Shown here: positions 56,228-64,000 of the stretch, in pieces
Numbering within the stretch: position 1 is the stretch's first letter
Layout of the letters: each line of letters begins with the position of its first letter
Assembly: GCF_006345805.1 (NCBI RefSeq)
Contig: NC_042997.1
Coordinates: forward strand, 46,314,001 to 46,378,000
Length of the DNA stretch: 64,000 nt
Source: Octopus sinensis
Taxonomy: Eukaryota
Reading direction: 5' to 3'
Program-made: the position numbers and the translations under genes
The notes under the pieces: generated by a model
The model's input: only the letters and a program-made list of their open reading frames with translations
Told to the model about the DNA's origin: nothing
Database searches by the model: none

Positions 56228-57705
56228 AGCAACGATTTCTTTATTCTTCACAGGAGGCTAAACGTAGAGTAACAGTACAAAAATTGATAAAAACACAAAA
56301 CTGGGGAAAAAAATTAAACGAATGAGAAGGAAGCTGTAAAAATGGATGAAATGAAGACCACTCGGACCCCACACTCCAAGTGACCTCATTGAAACTTTTT
56401 CAAAAACAATTAATCGCTAAATATGTCCAAGTTAAATTCTTATAAAAGTTCATGATAGCTTACCGTTGACCGTACTTCCCTGGTATCACTTTCCTTTTGT
56501 GAGATAATGACATTTCTTCCGTAACTCTCACTTAATCTTTGTGAATTCTTTCTGTCCATCAATACAAATTTAACTTGCGAGGGAACTCCTTCACACCGTT
56601 CAATGTCGAATTTTATTAACTTCTCCAGATTGTTTATTTCCTCGCACAACACATCCAGCGGCTCATTGTAAAAACAAAATCAATACATTTTTTCACTGTT
56701 TGGGAAATTTGGAGCTCCTGTGTATTTGTAGCTATAGTATCAGTGTCTGGTAGGGTAGGACGAGGGTTGGTGGCTGCAGGAGGAGGGTGGGGCAGGGTGA
56801 GGGTCGGTACGGGGTATGATGGGGGTTAACATCAACACTCTGAGTCTCCCTCTTTTTCCGGTTTACCGTCTTTCGTTCTTGTTTTCCCTTCTTCCATTTG
56901 TGCCTCCTTGTCATCCTCCTTGCCGGGCTCCTCCACACTCCCTCCTGTACCACTTGTCGTTTCAGGAGATGGAGGTTCGACTTTCCCTCGGGGCTGTAAC
57001 ACTACTGGTGTTTCTGTGGTAGGCGAGGTACTCTCCGCTCTCATGTGGCCCTTCTGGCCACATTTATAGCAGCGGGGTTTCCTGCCCTCCAATATGACTC
57101 TCAAAATTATCTCGTCTACCATCGTTATGGTGTTGATCATTCTTTCAAAGTACTCTGGACCAGCCTGGATAATTATCTCAAGGGTCCGCCCTTGCCAATT
57201 CTTCGGTGGCGTTCTCGTTACTTGAAGGACCTCTTTCGTCTCTTGTACATCCAGCAGTAATGCAACCACCAGCCAGGTAAAATCTACTTCCGGGAGGATT
57301 CTCTTCCACCCTTACCCTAGAAGCACGCCTTCTAAGGTAAGTAGGTTGACGTATTACCTCGCCCGTTTACAGGGAGGCTACAGAATGTTGCTTGGCCTTC
57401 TCTTCGGATACGAATCGCACATTCAGCGTAGCGTACTTCTTCCCTCTGGCAAGGTAAGTGAATTCCTCAGAGTCTTCTCGTATTTTTGACACTATTTCCA
57501 TTTTCTTTGCTTCTAGACTATTCGTTCAGTATATTACTGTCTTCCTTTGTGTGTTCCTTGCAACTTCACTAAGAGGGGTCACTTCTACTTCGCAGGATTT
57601 CCTTGTACATTTTAAAGTCTGCATTCTTAAAATAAATATCTTCACTGTTTTTCCTCAGCTGTAGAGATTTAAAAAAAATCCCTTACTATCTAAAAATCAC
57701 TATTT
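56228..57705 (-). mobile_element. L1/Tx1-like ORF1 with zinc knuckle, joined to a 3' tail
   Basis: TYLARGKKYATLNVRFVSEEKAKQ; RVILEGRKPRCYKCGQKGHMRAE; tail AATAAAGAAATCGTTG. Confidence 0.65.
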
Positions 57706-57709
57706 CATC

Positions 57710-59440
57710 CAGTTGATCGTGTTCAATGGCTGGGGGCAGTGACTCAATCACCACCACCAGTACGAACGGATTCACATCCGCGCCATATTTCTCGCTCCAT
57801 TTTAGGAAATTTATCCGTTAGTACACACCTCATTTCAGGGGGGAACCCCTCCATAGGCAATCTCAGCTTTGTCGTTGATTTAAGCTTCTTAATTTTTTGA
57901 TGCAGTGCTGCATTGTTTCCTTATATGTCACTGTGAATGCTGTTTTGAGGGGAATCTACGCGTGCATCGCAGCTTATGTTAAAGTAAACTAATATTACTA
58001 TAGAGTGAGACGGCCCAAGAAACTTCTCCAGGCCTCGAAAAACATCAGACTATCCACTTCCCGAGGGAGCATACACAGTTATCATCCTGAAGACCTTACC
58101 GCTGCTTAGTGTCCGGTCGATGAAGATAGCTCTTGTCCCTAAATCCAGGTTTTTCCTGAGCTGCACAGCAACACCCCAGCTTCCTCTAGGAAGGCATGGA
58201 GAAATAATTTAGGAGGGGAGAAAAGTCTCTTTGACTTCTCAGACTAGACTCTCTGGCAACTATAATATCCATTCGATGCAACCTGAGGTCAGTAAGGAAA
58301 CAACCTACATTAGGAATATCCATAATGGTTACACGTACAGTTTGAGATGGGGTAGCACGTCCATCTCATTCCTTTTGTTCTTCGTCCAGGACTTGCGAGA
58401 TGCCGTTGACTAGGCGCTCTAACATTTGTGGGGAAAAGTCTTTCCTCAGAGGGCTCATGTCATTTTTATATCTCATTGCCAACATGTTATAATTGGCTCT
58501 GTCTATTTTATAAATAGCAATATTTTGGGGAATGTTTTTTCCCTCGCAGTCATTGGTTATGTTGGCTGCATTTGGGCACGTCTTTTAATTGCTCAGTAAT
58601 GACTTGTTAGTCGTCACTACTGCAGTATAGTCCATGTGTTGGTGGTTGGACAACATTTTGGGCTGAGATTTTTTTGTGCTTGTGTGTTCTGTTTCTTGTT
58701 GTTTGTTTTGTTTTGTTGTAGGATTATGCTTGTTTTGCCTTTTTGTTGATTCTTGTTTTGCCTTTTTGTCAGTTTTGAAGCGGACTTCTATTGTGGCATA
58801 TTTCACTCCTCTTGTGATGTATGCCACGTCGTTCCAAACTGTACGAAAGCGCAGCTCCATCGCCTCTTTACTTGCCTTATCCAGTTTTTTTTGCTTTGTT
58901 CACAAATGATTTATATATCACGGTGCACCGCAGTGCATTCAGCGTCGTTTCAGTGGGAGGGGCAACCACTGTTTCGCACCCTACCATTTTCATCATACCT
59001 TTGCTCTTACCGAGCTCATCGCTTCCACAATTTATTGTCTTTCTTGAGACACCGGCCGCTGCTGCAAAATTGCTAACTTTTCTGCCTTGCATAAACTCTT
59101 CTCCTGTCGGCATGATAATTAAAAGTGTGCTGCCTTCTCCGCTTCTGATATCTTCACTTGTACCAGGTTTACTTATGGACTTGATTTTAATAGGTGGTTT
59201 GTCCATTTCTTTTTGTTTTGTTTTGAAAATTACAACAATATTTACACAATCAGGAAAACGTTAACAAAGATTTGCCACAAGCGGAAAAATAGTTGGGTTT
59301 AAAAAAAAAAACCCTCGCCAAAAGTTCAACAACGTAATAAATCAACAGTGCAAATTCAACAATTAAACAAAATTATTACAACTTGCGCTAAACCCTTCCA
59401 ACAACGCACAATCATACACAAACAAGTCGAGAACGGTGGA
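57710..59440 (-). mobile_element. L1/Tx1-like element: 5' region, deleted ORF1, APE endonuclease remnant
   Basis: AYITRGVKYATIEVRFKTDKKAKQ (58585-58860 ORF); GKVFRMITVYAP at ~58065-58100. Confidence 0.6.
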
Positions 59441-59636
59441 AAAATATCAATACTAATTTAATGATGCATTTCCGCAAGTCTATATCTACATTATCAGACA
59501 AATTTTTAAAAAAAGTTTTAAAAATGTCATAACTCTGCAAAATTTCAGTACACATTCTTCATGTTTCAAACCGTTGCTTACTTTTTACACAACCTGATTG
59601 ATTGTCAGACAGACAGACATCTAGCTAGCTAGATTG

Positions 59637-59685
<49 letters not shown>

Positions 59686-59734
59686 ATATATAGATATATA
59701 TAGAGAGAGAGAGAGAAGAGAGAGAGAGAGATAG

Positions 59735-59787
<53 letters not shown>

Positions 59788-59788
59788 C

Positions 59789-59849
<61 letters not shown>

Positions 59850-60110
59850 CATAGATAGCCAGACAGACAAATAAAGAAACAATAAACTGCTCGACTTGGA
59901 GACGGTAACGCTGTGAATAAAGTTTTAGCTTCTGGCAAAATAAACAAATTGAAAAAAAAAACAAAGAGATAAAACAGCCTGGAAGCATAAAATAGTAAAA
60001 AATCTTTAGTTTAAAACAGAGACCTGATCAATGCTTTGACAGAAATAATGCAATAAAAATCAAGAGCACTCAGAGAGCACAAACCTCCACCAAAGCAACA
60101 CCAACGTCCT

Positions 60111-61830
<1,720 letters not shown>

Positions 61831-61937
61831 TCCTAAGTGGATCGAGTGCAGATATAAAAAGCATATCGGAACCGGTATTAACGAAGGATAGTAAAATATC
61901 AGATGCATAATCCCTAAAATCCAGTCCATAATTTGCC

Positions 61938-62193
61938 ACGGGGCATATAGCATAGTGGTTAAGCGAGCGGGCTACTAACTCAAGATTCCGTGTTCGATTC
62001 CAAGCAGTGACCATAATAATAATAATAATAATAATAATATAATAATAATAATAACAAGAACAACAACAGAATGAGAACCCAGGTTCGAAATTTCCCCAAG
62101 ACACCTGATGAAGGCTGGAGGGTGTACCAGCTGAAATGTTGTGTTAACAACAAACAAGATGAGGACAAATATCCGTCAAATGTAAATAATGTA
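61938..62193 (+). mobile_element. tRNA-head/(AAT)n/HHR composite repeat (uninterrupted copy)
   Basis: A box TAGCATAGTGG, B box GTTCGATTC, (AAT)n, then ACAC-CTGATGA-A-GGCTG...CAGCT-GAAA-TG-T-T-GTGT (62101-62144, two C>T changes relative to 17916). Confidence 0.7.
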
Positions 62194-62197
62194 AATA

Positions 62198-62828
62198 GAG
62201 TCCAGATTTGATGTATTTTCTAACAATGGTTAAGTGTGGGTCTGGTGACTCTGTGATCAAGAATTTGACATGAAAAGTTTGCAGCCATCAATGAAACACA
62301 TTGGTTAATTTTGTGATGGTCTGGGGAGCAATTTGGAGCAATAGTCGGTCAGAGCCGGTGGAGTGTGAGAAAAATATAAACTCTGATAAATGCGTCCATA
62401 TTGCAGAAAGGACTCCTTCCAATCTTCTCCAGTGGCGAAACGTTTAAAGATGATTCTTTATTTATGGAAGATTCGGGCTCCTTGTCACTCAGCTAAAAAG
62501 ATCCAAGATTGGGTTGGATGAGAATGGCATTAAAAAGCTTCCATAACTAAGCCAGTCAACAGATATGAATTCCATTGAACACCTCTGGACAGGTCACTTC
62601 ATAAAAAGAACAACAAAACTTACTCAAAGCCAGATCTTTTGATATTACTGCGTGAAGCTTAGCAAGAAATTCCTGAAGAGAATATTCGTCATCTGATCAG
62701 TAGCGTGCCTAATAAGGTCCTTACATTGAAAAATGCAAAGTGTATGTCTTCTAAATAATTTTGAATATGTAATTTCAAGTTTAAATAAATTTTAAAGATT
62801 ATAAGTCTATCTAATTCTGTCATATCTG
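62198..62828 (+). pseudogene. Tc1-family transposase relic (DDE domain) with right terminus
   Basis: ESRFDVF, VMVWGAI, FMED.APCHSAK, SQSTDMNSIEHLW, LISSVPNKV...NAK. Confidence 0.85.
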
Positions 62829-62851
62829 TGTGTGTGTGTGCTTGTTTGTGT

Positions 62852-62895
<44 letters not shown>

Positions 62896-63549
62896 TGATA
62901 TGATATTATACGACTATAAGGAAGTAATGTAGTCGATTATTTCGATTCTGGGAAAGGAAGAAAAAGTAGGAAGAGAGGAATTCAAACGTAAAAGAATATA
63001 GGTCAGCTAAACAGAGCAGGACATTTAGCCGGTGCCTTACCGTTTTTGCCAATCTACCACCCTAGTAACTATGGCAATAAGGATAAAATAATAAACAAAA
63101 ATAAACAACAATGCTAAGATGGGGTGGCTATTGCCCTTTCTAATATGGATTAGGAGTAAATAACATTAATGAATGAAAAAAAAAATGTAATAAAATACGG
63201 TTTCTGGAAATATCAAAAAAGAATTACTGTAATTATCTACATTTACGAGATGACTGACATTTTCCTTACCAAGTGACATACAACTTATGTTCCTATTTCT
63301 GGCAGCTTGCATTAAAATGCTAACTGTGTTACATATCTTGAAATAAAATATTCCATCAACGACATACATTTCCACGTAGCACAGAGACTGTCTGTTTCCA
63401 CTGTCTCCATCTGTAAATAACTCCACAGAGAAGTATTTGATGGGTTAAACATTGCTATTCGCCTTATTGATAAAGCCGATACTGTAAAAAAAAACACGCC
63501 GCACACAAACGCACACACAGAGACAAACACACGAATGTGTGTGTGTATA

Positions 63550-63606
<57 letters not shown>

Positions 63607-63814
63607 TATATATAATATATATAATATATATATATATCTGTGTGAGTGTGTGTATGTAGTATCAATGTATGTATTTATACATATACAGATATACATGTAC
63701 ATAAGATATATATATATATATATACAAATACATATATATATTCACAAATATATTTTTATATGTATAAAGGTATAGATACATATATGCACAAATATACAAA
63801 TATATGTTTATGTG

Positions 63815-63870
<56 letters not shown>

Positions 63871-64000
63871 CAAACATACATACAATATATATATGCACAA
63901 ATGTACAAATATAGGTTTATATGTATGCATATATATATATATATATAGATAGATAGATATGCACAAATATATAAATATATGTTTATATGTATGTATGTAT

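Overview
AT-rich, microsatellite-saturated eukaryotic repeat landscape. The SINE, Penelope, Dong and mariner mix and the (TA)n/(CA)n/(TATC)n density fit an octopus-like mollusc genome; this is an inference, no taxon test was run. No host protein-coding gene can be called with confidence, and almost all long ORFs are microsatellite translations. Recognisable content is transposon debris: mariner/Tc1 relics, two Penelope-like (PLE) fragments with GIY-YIG, two Dong/R4-like LINE 3' fragments in (AAT)n, an internally deleted Gypsy element, L1/Tx1-like fragments, non-autonomous Helitrons, MITEs and tRNA-derived SINEs. The main unexplained signal is RNA structure. I read about 17 type I hammerhead ribozyme (HHR) motifs, intact or variant. 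The best case is a ~3.8-copy tandem array of a ~400-405 bp unit (5999-7522), each unit carrying a minus-strand HHR (canonical in three of four copies), which is the architecture of a non-LTR retrozyme that would yield ~400-nt circular RNAs. Two unrelated 1.1-1.2-mer HHR elements lie immediately upstream. There are also two inverted HHR pairs and a tRNA-head/(AAT)n/HHR composite repeat.
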